Positions 19,608-29,210 of a stretch of DNA of 64,000 nucleotides are shown piece after piece. The notes beneath the pieces were generated by a model that was not told where the DNA came from, ran no database searches, and was given only the letters and a program-made list of their open reading frames with translations. The DNA is from Candidatus Hydrogenedens sp. (GTDB lineage: Bacteria; Hydrogenedentota; Hydrogenedentia; Hydrogenedentales; Hydrogenedentaceae). Positions within the stretch are counted from its first letter, which is position 1. Each line of letters begins with the position of its first letter. Location: the NCBI GenBank assembly GCA_049968235.1, contig JBMFRC010000005.1:96001-160000 (forward strand), written 5' to 3'. Made by a program: the position numbers and the translations under genes.

Positions 19608-20204
19608 TTATAAATTGTTATTACTTAAAACTTCTCCGATAATTTTCCATAGAGGAGTTACACCTTCTCTTGTCTGGGAAGAGAAAGGGAGCAGGATGGC
19701 ATCTTCATCCAGATGAAGTTCTTTCCGGATTTTATCCAGTTGGATTTTCTTTTGAGCGTTTCCCAGCTTATCAATTTTTGTTGCAACAAGTAGTGTTGGA
19801 ATTGCATGTTCTTCCAGAAAATCTAACAAATGATGGTCCTTATCCCCGGGACCATGACGGGAGTCGATAAGCACCACTACAAGTTTCAGGGTTTTACTTT
19901 GAGTTAGATATTCAAACATAACCTTATTCCATTGTTCTTTTATCTTCAAAGGAACTTCCGCATAACCATATCCAGGAAGGTCTACCATGTAAAACTTCCC
20001 ATTTACCTCAAAAAAATTAATGGTTTTCGTTTTTCCGGGAGTATTACTTATTTTAGCAAGATTTTTTCGCCCTAATAGAGTATTTAACAACGAAGATTTG
20101 CCTACATTTGACTTCCCTGCAAATGCAATTTCAGGTTTACGGTCACGAGGAACATCCTGTATATTCAGCACACTTTTTTTAAATTCTACAGACAAAATCT
20201 TCAT
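19608..20204 (-). CDS. engB: Ribosome biogenesis GTPase YihA/EngB
   Basis: G1 'GKSNVGKSSLLNTL', G3 'DLPGYGYA', NKxD 'ATKIDK'. Confidence 0.85.
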   Translation of the reverse strand: MKILSVEFKKSVLNIQDVPRDRKPEIAFAGKSNVGKSSLLNTLLGRKNLAKISNTPGKTKTINFFEVNGKFYMVDLPGYGYAEVPLKIKEQWNKVMFEYLTQSKTLKLVVVLIDSRHGPGDKDHHLLDFLEEHAIPTLLVATKIDKLGNAQKKIQLDKIRKELHLDEDAILLPFSSQTREGVTPLWKIIGEVLSNNNL

Positions 20205-20374
20205 AGTAAAAACGCCTTACCTTAAAATTATCAATGTTAATTTATGAATAAAGCAGTATAAAATGCAAATTCTTCCCCTGAGACGGGAAAATCATTCCTA
20301 TTTTTATAATACATATTATAAACGGGCTTTATGTAAGTTTCATTCTGTCAACAATTTATTGAAATGATACTTAA

Positions 20375-20390
20375 TGGCATGAACCTTGCT
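20375..20390 (+). promoter_or_regulatory. Candidate sigma-54 (-24/-12) promoter TGGCATG-aacc-TTGCT, about 195 bp upstream of flgF
   Basis: Matches TGGCACG-N4-TTGCW at 15 of 16 positions with the correct GG/GC spacing. Confidence 0.4.
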
Positions 20391-20584
20391 ATTTCTGGAA
20401 TAACAACAATTGAATATTACAGATGTCCCATAATAAGGTCCTATAGCAACTTTCCTCCATGGGTCGGCATGGCGCAATGTATTGCGCCCATGTGTTTCTT
20501 TGTCCCTTTATGAAACATCGTTGCGCCCTGCCACCCGCCTTTTGAAAAAAACAATTAACCATTTACATATAAATATATAAAGAT

Positions 20585-21343
20585 ATGATACCTGGAATAT
20601 ACATATCCGCAGGTGGAATGATTGCCTCAGAACAGAGGCAATCTATTTATGCCAATAATGTTGCCAATGCAAGCACAGCAGGCTACAAGGCATTAACACC
20701 TGTGCAATTGGGTTTTTATCCGTTAGTGCAGAAAGTCGGGGAAAGTTATCATATGTATGTTCCTAAAACAGCACCTGGCGGTGGGGTAAAAGTGGTAGAA
20801 ATATTCCCAGATTTGTCGTTGGGTCCGTTAAAGCAGACCGATAATCCGTTGAACATAGCCATTCATGGACCGGGATATATTGTTTTACAAACGCCTGCCG
20901 GTGAAAGATTTACACGTGCTGGAGATTTAACACTGGATGCGGAAGGTTATTTATCCACTCCGCAAGGGTATCGTGTTTTGGGGGCTAATGGTCAACCCAT
21001 ACAAATACAGGGAACGGAAGTAAATATTTCTTCAGATGGAAATGTAACTGTGGATGGGGTTCCCGCGGGGCAAATTCGTTGTGTGGAGTTTAAAGATCCG
21101 GAGCGGTTAACCCGTGAAGGTGAAAACATATACTCTGCAAGTCAGGAAATTCAGCAAGGTATGCAACCCGCATCCAAAAGTTCCCTTCGTCAGGGATATC
21201 TGGAATGGTCAAATACAAAAATACCTACGGAAATGATACGAATAACTCTGGGACTTCGTGCTTACGAAGCCAATCAGCGAGTTATTTCTGCAATAGATGA
21301 ATCTATAGGTAGATTAATTGAACAAGTAGGACTTGCTGGTTAA
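20585..21343 (+). CDS. flgF: Flagellar basal-body rod protein FlgF
   Basis: Rod-protein N-terminus 'IYISAGGMIASEQRQSIYANNVANASTAGYK' and C-terminal 'LGLRAYEANQRVISAIDE'. Confidence 0.8.
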   Translation: MIPGIYISAGGMIASEQRQSIYANNVANASTAGYKALTPVQLGFYPLVQKVGESYHMYVPKTAPGGGVKVVEIFPDLSLGPLKQTDNPLNIAIHGPGYIVLQTPAGERFTRAGDLTLDAEGYLSTPQGYRVLGANGQPIQIQGTEVNISSDGNVTVDGVPAGQIRCVEFKDPERLTREGENIYSASQEIQQGMQPASKSSLRQGYLEWSNTKIPTEMIRITLGLRAYEANQRVISAIDESIGRLIEQVGLAG

Positions 21344-21365
21344 ACCATAAAAGAAGGATGAATAT

Positions 21366-22157
21366 ATGATTCGTTCATTGTTTACGGCGGCAACAGGAAT
21401 GATTGCTCAACAAATGAATATTGACGCCATTGCGAACAATCTATCAAATGTGAACACAACCGGATTTAAGCGAAGTCGTGTAAATTTTCAGGATTTGTTG
21501 TATGAAACCATCAAACCCGCAGGAAGTGAAACGACTGCAGGAACAACCATTCCGGAGGGTATTCAAATTGGACATGGAGTTCGTCCTTCTGCTGTTTCAA
21601 AAATCTTTTCATCGGGTTCTGCCATTCAAACGGGTAATCCATTGGATTTAATGATTGAAGGCGATGGCTTCTTTCAGATTGAATTACCCGATGGTACTAC
21701 CGCCTATACGCGAGACGGTGCTTTTAAAATTAATGAAGAAGGGACCATAATGACTGTGGATGGTTATCCGTTAACCCCTGCAATTACTATTCCTACGGAA
21801 GCAGAGTTGATAACGATTGGTGCAGATGGAACAGTCTCTGCCCGTGTTCCTGGTGATAATACTCCTCAAAATATAGGCACTTTGGAATTAGCCCGATTTT
21901 CTAATCCTGCAGGGCTTGATGCGAGATTGGGTAGGAATCTATTTCTCGAGACACAAGCCTCCGGTGCCCCTAATGTAGGGCAACCCGGCCTGGATGGTCT
22001 TGGCACTATTGCACAGGGCTTTCTGGAAAATTCAAATGTTCAGGTTGTAGAAGAGGTTATTCAGATGATTATTGCTCAGCGTGCGTATGAAGCCAATTCA
22101 CGTGTTATTCAAGCCTCTGATGAAATGCTTCAGACTGCTAATAATATAAGGAGATAA
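21366..22157 (+). CDS. flgG: Flagellar distal rod protein FlgG
   Basis: '[44 protein letters not shown]' and C-terminal '[24 protein letters not shown]'. Confidence 0.9.
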   Translation: MIRSLFTAATGMIAQQMNIDAIANNLSNVNTTGFKRSRVNFQDLLYETIKPAGSETTAGTTIPEGIQIGHGVRPSAVSKIFSSGSAIQTGNPLDLMIEGDGFFQIELPDGTTAYTRDGAFKINEEGTIMTVDGYPLTPAITIPTEAELITIGADGTVSARVPGDNTPQNIGTLELARFSNPAGLDARLGRNLFLETQASGAPNVGQPGLDGLGTIAQGFLENSNVQVVEEVIQMIIAQRAYEANSRVIQASDEMLQTANNIRR

Positions 22158-22165
22158 TTTAACGG

Positions 22166-23137
22166 ATGACCGCATGTTTATCGGAAAAATATATAACTCA
22201 ATTTAACAAGATTATTTTGTTATATTTGACGATTTTTTTACTACAAATCGAGGGATATTCACAAAATATGGCGATAAAATCGGAGGTAGAAGTTTCGAGT
22301 GATAGAGTGATGTTAAATGATGTTTTAGATTGTGTTGATACTGGATTTGTGCATGATATTCCATTATTACCTGCACCGAAACCGGGATATGCGAGGGTTA
22401 TTCCGAATACACTAATATTTTCAAAAATGAAACAAATGGGTGTTAATGCAGAAAGTTTGAGCATGGGAGAAACAGGTCAAACTGTGGTGAAAAGAGCCAC
22501 CACAGTTATATCTAAAGATATTCTTGTAGAATCACTTTGCCATTACATTCAGCAACAAATGCCATGGGAAGTAAATCAGACACGAATAGAGATATACCCC
22601 CCGTCAGAAGATTTAGCCTTTCCTGAGGGAGATGTAGAAATCACATGGAAACCCAATAATTCATATCGTTATTTAGGAGTAGGTATCTTTCGTGGAATTA
22701 TCCGTGTAGAGGGGAAGGTCCAAAAAACTATTATTTGTAGGGTTATAATAGAAACAGAGGGTATGCTTGTCATTGCAGTTCGTGATATTCCACGGGGAGA
22801 GACAATCACCGAAAAGGATATAACTGTTCGTCAAATGACACTTTCACGGAATACGGGGACTCCTATCTGGGATTTGAACTCGGTTATCGGTATGTCAGCC
22901 CGAAAATTTATCCCTTCCGGTGCAACTATTCAACTGGAGGATATTGAATCCCCTGTGATTATAAAGCGGAATCAGATAGTCCCTATAGAATACACACAGG
23001 GCGGTATTTCTATATCCGCCAAAGTAAAAGTGCTATCGGATGCACGAATAGGAGAACGAGTTCGGTGTATATATTTAAATTCGGAACAGCAACTCGATGC
23101 GGTAGTTCAATCAGATGGAACAGTTAAAGTGGAGTAA
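22166..23137 (+). CDS. flgA: Flagellar P-ring assembly chaperone FlgA (SAF-domain protein)
   Basis: Lies between flgG and flgH. Has a signal-like N-terminus and a C-terminal SAF-like region 'GETITEKDITVRQM...VPIEY'. The true start may be internal. Confidence 0.5.
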   Translation: MTACLSEKYITQFNKIILLYLTIFLLQIEGYSQNMAIKSEVEVSSDRVMLNDVLDCVDTGFVHDIPLLPAPKPGYARVIPNTLIFSKMKQMGVNAESLSMGETGQTVVKRATTVISKDILVESLCHYIQQQMPWEVNQTRIEIYPPSEDLAFPEGDVEITWKPNNSYRYLGVGIFRGIIRVEGKVQKTIICRVIIETEGMLVIAVRDIPRGETITEKDITVRQMTLSRNTGTPIWDLNSVIGMSARKFIPSGATIQLEDIESPVIIKRNQIVPIEYTQGGISISAKVKVLSDARIGERVRCIYLNSEQQLDAVVQSDGTVKVE

Positions 23138-23140
23138 ACA

Positions 23141-23791
23141 ATGATGAAAGACAATAGTCGCGTATTTGTTGTGTTTTTATGTTGTGTTTTTTGTATTTTA
23201 TTCTTTTCTTTTGGAGATAGCCTGTTTACCCCTGAAGCCCAGCATTCCGGAACTTTAATATCCGAAAAAGGAACACGTTTCCAGCCTGGCGATATTATCA
23301 CAATACTTGTTCGTGAAAAAATTTCTGCAAGTACGACAGCCGACACGAACACAAAGAAAGAGTCCGATGTCGAAAGTAAAGCGAATGAGAAAGATAATAA
23401 TTTTTTAACGGCAGATAGCCCCGATGGTTTAGGCTTATTAAACTCAGATTTATTACCAAACTGGAAGATTGAAGCAAAAAATGAAACGAAGGCAAGAGGA
23501 AAAACAACCCGAACAAGCACATTAACGACAACTATAGCTTGCATAGTAACCCAGGTATATCCGAATGGAAACTTAAAAATAGAAGGTGAAAAACGAGTAA
23601 CTGTAAATCGAGAAGATTCACTTTTGACTGTTAGTGGGGTTGTTCGCTCAAAAGATGTGGCTCCGGACAATACTGTATTATCTACACAGGTAGCAAATGC
23701 TCAAGTTCAACTCAAAGGTAAAGGTGAGTTGTGGAACAATCAACGGCGTGGAATTATTACAAAGATTTTAGATTGGTTCTCACCATTCTAA
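23141..23791 (+). CDS. flgH: Flagellar L-ring lipoprotein FlgH
   Basis: 'GDIITILVREKISA' and 'VTQVYPNGNLKIEGEKRVTVNREDSLLTVSGVVRSKDVAPDNTVLSTQVANAQV' match conserved FlgH blocks. Confidence 0.8.
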   Translation: MMKDNSRVFVVFLCCVFCILFFSFGDSLFTPEAQHSGTLISEKGTRFQPGDIITILVREKISASTTADTNTKKESDVESKANEKDNNFLTADSPDGLGLLNSDLLPNWKIEAKNETKARGKTTRTSTLTTTIACIVTQVYPNGNLKIEGEKRVTVNREDSLLTVSGVVRSKDVAPDNTVLSTQVANAQVQLKGKGELWNNQRRGIITKILDWFSPF

Positions 23792-23805
23792 AGAGGAGTT
23801 TAGTT

Positions 23806-24915
23806 ATGGTTCAAAAAAAGATTCCCTTGTATTTGTTTGTATGGATACTTCTTTTCCCCATGCTTGCAGATTCGGCACGGATACGCGATTTGTGTGAGAT
23901 TCAGGGTGCTCGTGGAAATATATTAAAAGGAATAGGTCTGGTTGTAGGGCTTGCAGGTACCGGTGATAGTGTCGGGGTGACGCGTCTGGCTCAGCGACAG
24001 ATGTTAGACCGTTTAGGGATTACCGTTAGTAATTTAAAAGACCTGACACCCAAAAACTCTGCAATAGTGATGGTAACCGCAGAAATTCCGCCTTTTGCTA
24101 AAGAAGGGACACGGATTGATGTAAAAATAGATACATTGGGGGATTGTAAGAGTTTAGAAGGTGGAATGCTTCTGGAGACCCATTTGCGAGGTCCTGGATT
24201 AGGAGAGACTGTATATGCTGTGGCTCAGGGTCCGATTTCTATAGGAGGATTTAATGCAGAAAAAGGAGGGGGTGGGAGTACGGCTGTCCGAAAAAATCAC
24301 CCAACATCGGGACGAATACCTTTAGGAGCATATGTGGAACGAGAGGTCCCTTCAACCATTACAGATGGAGAACGAATTGTCCTTTTATTGAAGCAACCGG
24401 AGTTTAACACCGCAGATAAAATTCGCCAGGCTATTGAAAATCAATTTGGAGAAAATGTGGCTTTTGCTATGGGTGGCGGTTCTGTTCGCGTTACTGTTCC
24501 GGAGTCCTACTATAATGACCTGACGGGTTTTATTGCACGGATTGAAAATATAGAGGTAACTACAAGTCCACCCGCCAAAATTATAATAAATGAAAGGACG
24601 GGTACCATTGTAATCGGAGGGGATATCGTTGTAAAACCCTGCCAGGTGGCTCACGGGAATATGACGATTAAAATTACTTCTACTCCTCAAGTAACCCCAG
24701 CCACACCTTTTACGGAAAGTCAACCTGTTGTTAAAGAGACTACCGCTATGGAAGTAAAGGAAACGGAGGCTTACCTGATGCCCGTTTCAGGGACTTCTGC
24801 AGGTGAAGTAGCAGAGGCTTTAAACCGATTAAAGGTTACTCCGAGAGATATGATTTCTATTTTCCAGGCTTTGAAAGAAGCAGGAGCCCTTGAGGCAGAG
24901 GTGGAGATTATGTAA
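23806..24915 (+). CDS. flgI: Flagellar P-ring protein FlgI (start at MVQKK after SD 'aggag')
   Basis: 'RIRDLCEIQGARGNILKGIGLVVGLAGTGD' is the FlgI signature; signal peptide present. The longer ORF from 23731 overlaps flgH. Confidence 0.85.
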   Translation: MVQKKIPLYLFVWILLFPMLADSARIRDLCEIQGARGNILKGIGLVVGLAGTGDSVGVTRLAQRQMLDRLGITVSNLKDLTPKNSAIVMVTAEIPPFAKEGTRIDVKIDTLGDCKSLEGGMLLETHLRGPGLGETVYAVAQGPISIGGFNAEKGGGGSTAVRKNHPTSGRIPLGAYVEREVPSTITDGERIVLLLKQPEFNTADKIRQAIENQFGENVAFAMGGGSVRVTVPESYYNDLTGFIARIENIEVTTSPPAKIIINERTGTIVIGGDIVVKPCQVAHGNMTIKITSTPQVTPATPFTESQPVVKETTAMEVKETEAYLMPVSGTSAGEVAEALNRLKVTPRDMISIFQALKEAGALEAEVEIM

Positions 24916-25245
24916 ATGTTGTATGTAAACCCTATAAATTATGTCATGCCTAATATTAATCTTGTAGGTAATGAAGATGCCCGAAAAAAAGTGGCCGGTG
25001 AGGAGATGGAACGATTATTTTTATACGAACTTTTAAAGGAAATGCGCAAAACGATAGTTGCCTCTAAACTGTTTCCTCAAAATTCCACAAAAGAAATTTA
25101 TTACGACATGTTGAATGATGCTTTAGCAGGGGAAATGGCAAAATCGGGACAGTTAGGTATAGCGAAACAAATTATTCAAAATACGGGGGCAATGGAGCAA
25201 AGGGCAAATAATACGGTGAAAATCAAATCGATAGATAAAGTTTAA
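24916..25245 (+). CDS. Rod-binding protein (FlgJ N-terminal-domain-like)
   Basis: 'EEMERLFLYELLKEMRKT...YYDMLNDALAGEMAKSGQLGIAKQI' resembles FlgJ N-terminal 'FESLFLQQMLKSMR...MLDQQLAQQLSKGGGLGLA'. Confidence 0.6.
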   Translation: MLYVNPINYVMPNINLVGNEDARKKVAGEEMERLFLYELLKEMRKTIVASKLFPQNSTKEIYYDMLNDALAGEMAKSGQLGIAKQIIQNTGAMEQRANNTVKIKSIDKV

Positions 25246-25292
25246 GAAAACAATGCAATTTGCCGATAACTAATAATGTAAAGGAATAAAAG

Positions 25293-25622
25293 ATGGTGCA
25301 ATGGCTTACGGGATTGAGTGCTATTAACTCATTAGCAAAGACACTTATGGTGATAACACAAAAGAAAGCAACAAAACCAAAAAATAATTTCTCGGATGTT
25401 CTTAAATCAGAACTGAAGACAAAAGAACTATCCCGAGAGAAGGCAGAAAAACTTGTTTCGTTATATGATGTGAATCATGACCAGAAAATTTCTGCCCGAG
25501 AAAGTGGAATGACAGTTCAAGAATTCCAGCAGTGGGATACCAATAAAGATGGATATATCACTGCACAGGAAATACAGATGTTATGGTCACATCTCGGACC
25601 TTTCAAAGGGCTAAAGGACTAA
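25293..25622 (+). CDS. Small protein with two canonical EF-hand Ca2+-binding loops
   Basis: 'DVNHDQKISARE' and 'DTNKDGYITAQE' both fit DxNxDxxIxxxE. It sits inside the flagellar cluster. Confidence 0.5.
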   Translation: MVQWLTGLSAINSLAKTLMVITQKKATKPKNNFSDVLKSELKTKELSREKAEKLVSLYDVNHDQKISARESGMTVQEFQQWDTNKDGYITAQEIQMLWSHLGPFKGLKD

Positions 25623-25634
25623 AAGGATTGGATT

Positions 25635-26138
25635 ATGAGAGAAATAGAGTGCTTATGTGAATTATTAGAGGAGCAGGCGGAGCGACAAGAGACTTTAGTA
25701 TCGGTTTGTCTGGCACAATTACAATCTGGTTTTGAAGGAAATATCAAATATTTTAATGAGAAAACATCTGCAATGGAGTATCTTGTAAAAGAAACAACTC
25801 GTGTTGAATTTGTTCGTCAAGAATTGGTCAAAAAAATATGTCGCAATCTGGGAATAAATATGTCAGATGGGAGAATACGGAATATTGCAGAACAAGTAGA
25901 GGAACCCTGGAAATCGCGTATTATTGAAGCATGTGACCGAATAAAAGTGGCAGTGCTTTACTTAAAATCGTGGCTTGGTAAAGCAGTTCCTTTTTATCGC
26001 GTTTCGCTGGAATCTGCAAGAAATACCCTTAAAAAGATATATCCTGATTATGAGGAACAAGATAGTTTTTCATATACGGATTTAAATTTAAAGAAATCTG
26101 AAATAGCCTTAACCCGTTTTGTTGATGATAGAGGATAA
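25635..26138 (+). CDS. Hypothetical protein, possibly a FlgN-like export chaperone
   Basis: Helical, about 165 aa, immediately upstream of flgL. Only positional and compositional similarity to FlgN. Confidence 0.35.
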   Translation: MREIECLCELLEEQAERQETLVSVCLAQLQSGFEGNIKYFNEKTSAMEYLVKETTRVEFVRQELVKKICRNLGINMSDGRIRNIAEQVEEPWKSRIIEACDRIKVAVLYLKSWLGKAVPFYRVSLESARNTLKKIYPDYEEQDSFSYTDLNLKKSEIALTRFVDDRG

Positions 26139-26142
26139 GTTT

Positions 26143-27066
26143 ATGGGTATTATTCGTGTTACTTCTCGTATGCTTGTGGACAGGACCCTTACAGACCTGG
26201 CATATCAAACACGAAGAATACTAAGTTTACAGGAACAACTTTCCTCAGGACAGCGTGTAAATCGTCCTTCCGATGACCCGTTAAATGCTCGTAGGGCTAT
26301 TTCTGCTCAATCCATGATTGCACAAAATGAACAGTACATAAAAAATATAACAACTATTCGTCCTTATTTAAATGAGACAGAAACGACAATTACAACAACC
26401 TTAGATATTGTCCAACGGGCAAGAGAGTTAGCAATACAGGGTAGAAACACAACCAACGCACAATTACAACGAGACCAGATTGCAACGGAAGTAAATCAAT
26501 TAATAGAAGCACTACTGAAAGAGGCGAATCATCTAACAAATGGTAGATATATTTTTGGAGGAACGGTCACAATTTCCGCTCCATTTCAGGAGGCAAGAAA
26601 TGCTAATGGAGAAATAACATCGGTGGCTTACACCGGTAATAATGATTATATTAGCGTGGAGATTATGGAAGGAACGCAGGTTATAACAAATCAAACCGGG
26701 AGAGAGGTCTTTCTGTCAACCAGTTCCCAAAGCACAGATATTTTTCAGACCTTGATTTCACTTCGAGATGACTTGCGTTCTGCAAATTTCACAGGGATAG
26801 AACAACGAATTCAACAAGCAAACTATGCTATTTCACAACTCTCATTAGCATTGTCAAAGGTAGGTGCGGTTAGTAAGCGATTGGATACAACAGAAGAAAA
26901 TCTAAGGAATGCAAACATTGAATTTCAGCGGGTTATATCCGATAGTATAGATGCAGATCTGGCAGAGGTGGTTGTTAATCTTAATACACAAACTAACGCA
27001 TATCAAGCAGCACTTAACGCTGCATCGCGTGTTATCCAACCCAGTTTATTGGATTATTTAAGATAA
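26143..27066 (+). CDS. flgL: Flagellar hook-associated protein 3 (FlgL)
   Basis: Flagellin-like N-terminus 'MGIIRVTSRMLVDRTLTDLAYQ...LSSGQRVNRPSDDP' and C-terminal 'QTNAYQAALNAASRVIQPSLLDYL'. Length is about 308 aa. Confidence 0.75.
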   Translation: MGIIRVTSRMLVDRTLTDLAYQTRRILSLQEQLSSGQRVNRPSDDPLNARRAISAQSMIAQNEQYIKNITTIRPYLNETETTITTTLDIVQRARELAIQGRNTTNAQLQRDQIATEVNQLIEALLKEANHLTNGRYIFGGTVTISAPFQEARNANGEITSVAYTGNNDYISVEIMEGTQVITNQTGREVFLSTSSQSTDIFQTLISLRDDLRSANFTGIEQRIQQANYAISQLSLALSKVGAVSKRLDTTEENLRNANIEFQRVISDSIDADLAEVVVNLNTQTNAYQAALNAASRVIQPSLLDYLR

Positions 27067-27198
27067 TATTTGTTATTTTTCTGCTATTGAGGGCTGGAGA
27101 ATCCCTGTGATGATATTTTTCCCTTTTTCTATAGAGAACAAGCAAAGTCAATTCCGTTATAATTTATCCGGGTGGTTATTATTTTAAGGAAAAAATTT

Positions 27199-28206
27199 AT
27201 GGCAATAGAATGTGTTGCATACTCAAGAGCAGGATTGGTGGGTAATCCGTCGGATGGTTATTTTGGGAAAACGATAAGTGTTATCATTCGTGATTTTTAT
27301 GCCAAAGTAAGTCTTTATGAGAGCCCGCAGTTGGAAATTATTCCAAGTTTTCAGGACCAATCAAAGTATGAATCTATCGAACATCTTACCGAAGATGTCC
27401 GATTAAATGGCTATTATGGCGGTATCCGTTTAATGAAGGCAGGAATTTATAAGTTTTACAAATACTGTCAGGAGCATAACATAAGTCTTCCGCAAAAGAA
27501 TTTTTCCATTCGCTATCGTTCAACAATACCTCGCCGATTGGGGTTAGCAGGTTCCAGTGCATTAGTAACCGCTACAATGAAATGCCTGATGGAATTTTAT
27601 GAGGTTGAGATTCCGAAACCGATACTCCCAAATCTTATATTAAGTGTAGAAACAGAGGAATTGGGTATTTTTGCGGGATTGCAAGACCGAGTGATACAGG
27701 TATATGAGGGATGTGTCTTTATGGATTTCAATAAAGATTTAATGGAAAAGCAAGGGTATGGTTATTACGAAGAAATTCCTGTATCGCTGTTACCCAATTT
27801 ATTCATTGCTTATAGGAAAGAATTATCAGAAGGTTCGGAAGTATTTCATAATAATGTTCGGCAACGGTGGCTTGATGGCGACCCGGAGGTGCATCAAGCA
27901 ATGCATGATTTTGCAGAATATGCACAAACATTTCGGGATTTACTCTGGGCAGGTAAAAAGGAGGAGGTGGGAATATGGATGGATAAAAATTTTGACCGCC
28001 GGAAAACGATTTATAATCTTGACCCGAGACAGGTTCGATTAGTAGATGTTGCTCGTGCTGTGGGAGCCCATGCTCAATTTACAGGTTCAGGTGGGGCTAT
28101 TGTGGGAATTTATAAAGATAATACCATGTATGAACAAATTGTGAAAGCATTACAAGCAGAAAACGCAGTTGTATTAAAACCTAAAATTGAACCGAATGAA
28201 TCATAA
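27199..28206 (+). CDS. GHMP-family sugar kinase, glucuronokinase-like
   Basis: GHMP motif 'PRRLGLAGSSA'. N-terminal 'GLVGNPSDGYFGKTISVII' closely resembles the glucuronokinase-type 'GFLGNPSDVYFGRTISLTI' block. Confidence 0.6.
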   Translation: MAIECVAYSRAGLVGNPSDGYFGKTISVIIRDFYAKVSLYESPQLEIIPSFQDQSKYESIEHLTEDVRLNGYYGGIRLMKAGIYKFYKYCQEHNISLPQKNFSIRYRSTIPRRLGLAGSSALVTATMKCLMEFYEVEIPKPILPNLILSVETEELGIFAGLQDRVIQVYEGCVFMDFNKDLMEKQGYGYYEEIPVSLLPNLFIAYRKELSEGSEVFHNNVRQRWLDGDPEVHQAMHDFAEYAQTFRDLLWAGKKEEVGIWMDKNFDRRKTIYNLDPRQVRLVDVARAVGAHAQFTGSGGAIVGIYKDNTMYEQIVKALQAENAVVLKPKIEPNES

Positions 28207-28221
28207 AAGTAAAAACTTATT

Positions 28222-28929
28222 ATGGGCAAACTTTATATCATAGCAACGCCTATAGGGAACATGGAAGATATAACTTATCGTGCTCTGAGAACACTGAAAG
28301 AAGTTGAATTACTTCTTTGTGAAGATACCCGTGTTACTCGCAGGTTGTATAGTCATTATCAGATACCTTTCCCAACTCGTGTGTGGGCATGTTTTGAAGC
28401 ACGGGAGCCAAAAATTATTCCCAGCGTTATTGAAGAACTATCCAGAGGAGTAAAGGTCGGTTTTTGTTCTGATGGAGGTATCCCATGTGTTAGTGACCCG
28501 GGGTATAGACTGGTACAATCCGTAATAGAAGCGGGACATGATGTTGAAGTTATACCGGGGGCAACTGCTGTTGAAACTGCACTTGTTCTATCTGGGCTTC
28601 CAACCTCTTCCTATACATTTAAAGGATTTTCACCGCGGAAGGAAGGTCCTTTGCAACGGTTTTTAGAACAGGAGAAGGATTTACCTCACACCCTGATTTT
28701 TTTTGAATCTCCTTATCGGGTTCAGAAATTTTTAGAACAGGCAATTCATGTTTTAGGCGACCGTAAATGTGCGGTGTGTTTTGAGATAACCAAGAAATTC
28801 GAGCGCATTTACCGAGGTTATATTTCTGAAGTTATGAAGACCTTAAAGTCAGAAACGATGAAGGGAGAGGTTACAATTGTTATCGCAGGAAATCATCCCA
28901 AATTTTCCAGTAAACCAGTTGAATTATAG
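28222..28929 (+). CDS. rsmI: 16S rRNA (C1402) 2'-O-methyltransferase RsmI
   Basis: 'LYIIATPIGNMEDITYRALRTLKEVELLLCEDTRVTRRL' is the tetrapyrrole-methylase-fold RsmI signature. Confidence 0.85.
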   Translation: MGKLYIIATPIGNMEDITYRALRTLKEVELLLCEDTRVTRRLYSHYQIPFPTRVWACFEAREPKIIPSVIEELSRGVKVGFCSDGGIPCVSDPGYRLVQSVIEAGHDVEVIPGATAVETALVLSGLPTSSYTFKGFSPRKEGPLQRFLEQEKDLPHTLIFFESPYRVQKFLEQAIHVLGDRKCAVCFEITKKFERIYRGYISEVMKTLKSETMKGEVTIVIAGNHPKFSSKPVEL

Positions 28930-29038
28930 AAAAATATTTGGTAAAATATAAAGGTAATTGTATTTTTATAAAAACAGGAGATGAGTATAATAAAAAAATG
29001 TTAAATATTAACGAGGTTAAGATAGGGGGAAAGGGGAT

Positions 29039-29067
29039 TTGCATTTTGGCTTTAAAATTGCTATAAT
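29039..29067 (+). promoter_or_regulatory. Sigma-70 promoter TTGCAT-17-TATAAT with extended -10 (TGcTATAAT), about 145 bp upstream of rpoB
   Basis: Read directly. Confidence 0.5.
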
Positions 29068-29210
29068 TATTCCTCTAAAAATATAGACCTTATGATTTTG
29101 AACATAAGTATCGGTAAAAGCATGAATTATCTTTGCACCAGTAAGAATCAGGATAGGTATAAGTGTCACTTCTCATAAATTTTCCGGAACCCTATATAAG
29201 GAGTTATTGA

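Noticed and set aside
20465-20488. Second sigma-54-like sequence TGGCGC-aatgt-ATTGC and 8-bp palindrome GGCGCAAT/ATTGCGCC, with direct repeat TTGCGCCC at 20482 and 20521
   Set aside because: The GG-to-GC spacing is one nucleotide too long for RpoN. The palindrome is short with a 2-nt loop. It could be a regulator operator, but the evidence is too weak to call.
27067-27198. Possible hairpin 'gagggctggagaatccct' after flgL
   Set aside because: The stem is only 3-4 bp with weak following T-run. Not convincing as a terminator.
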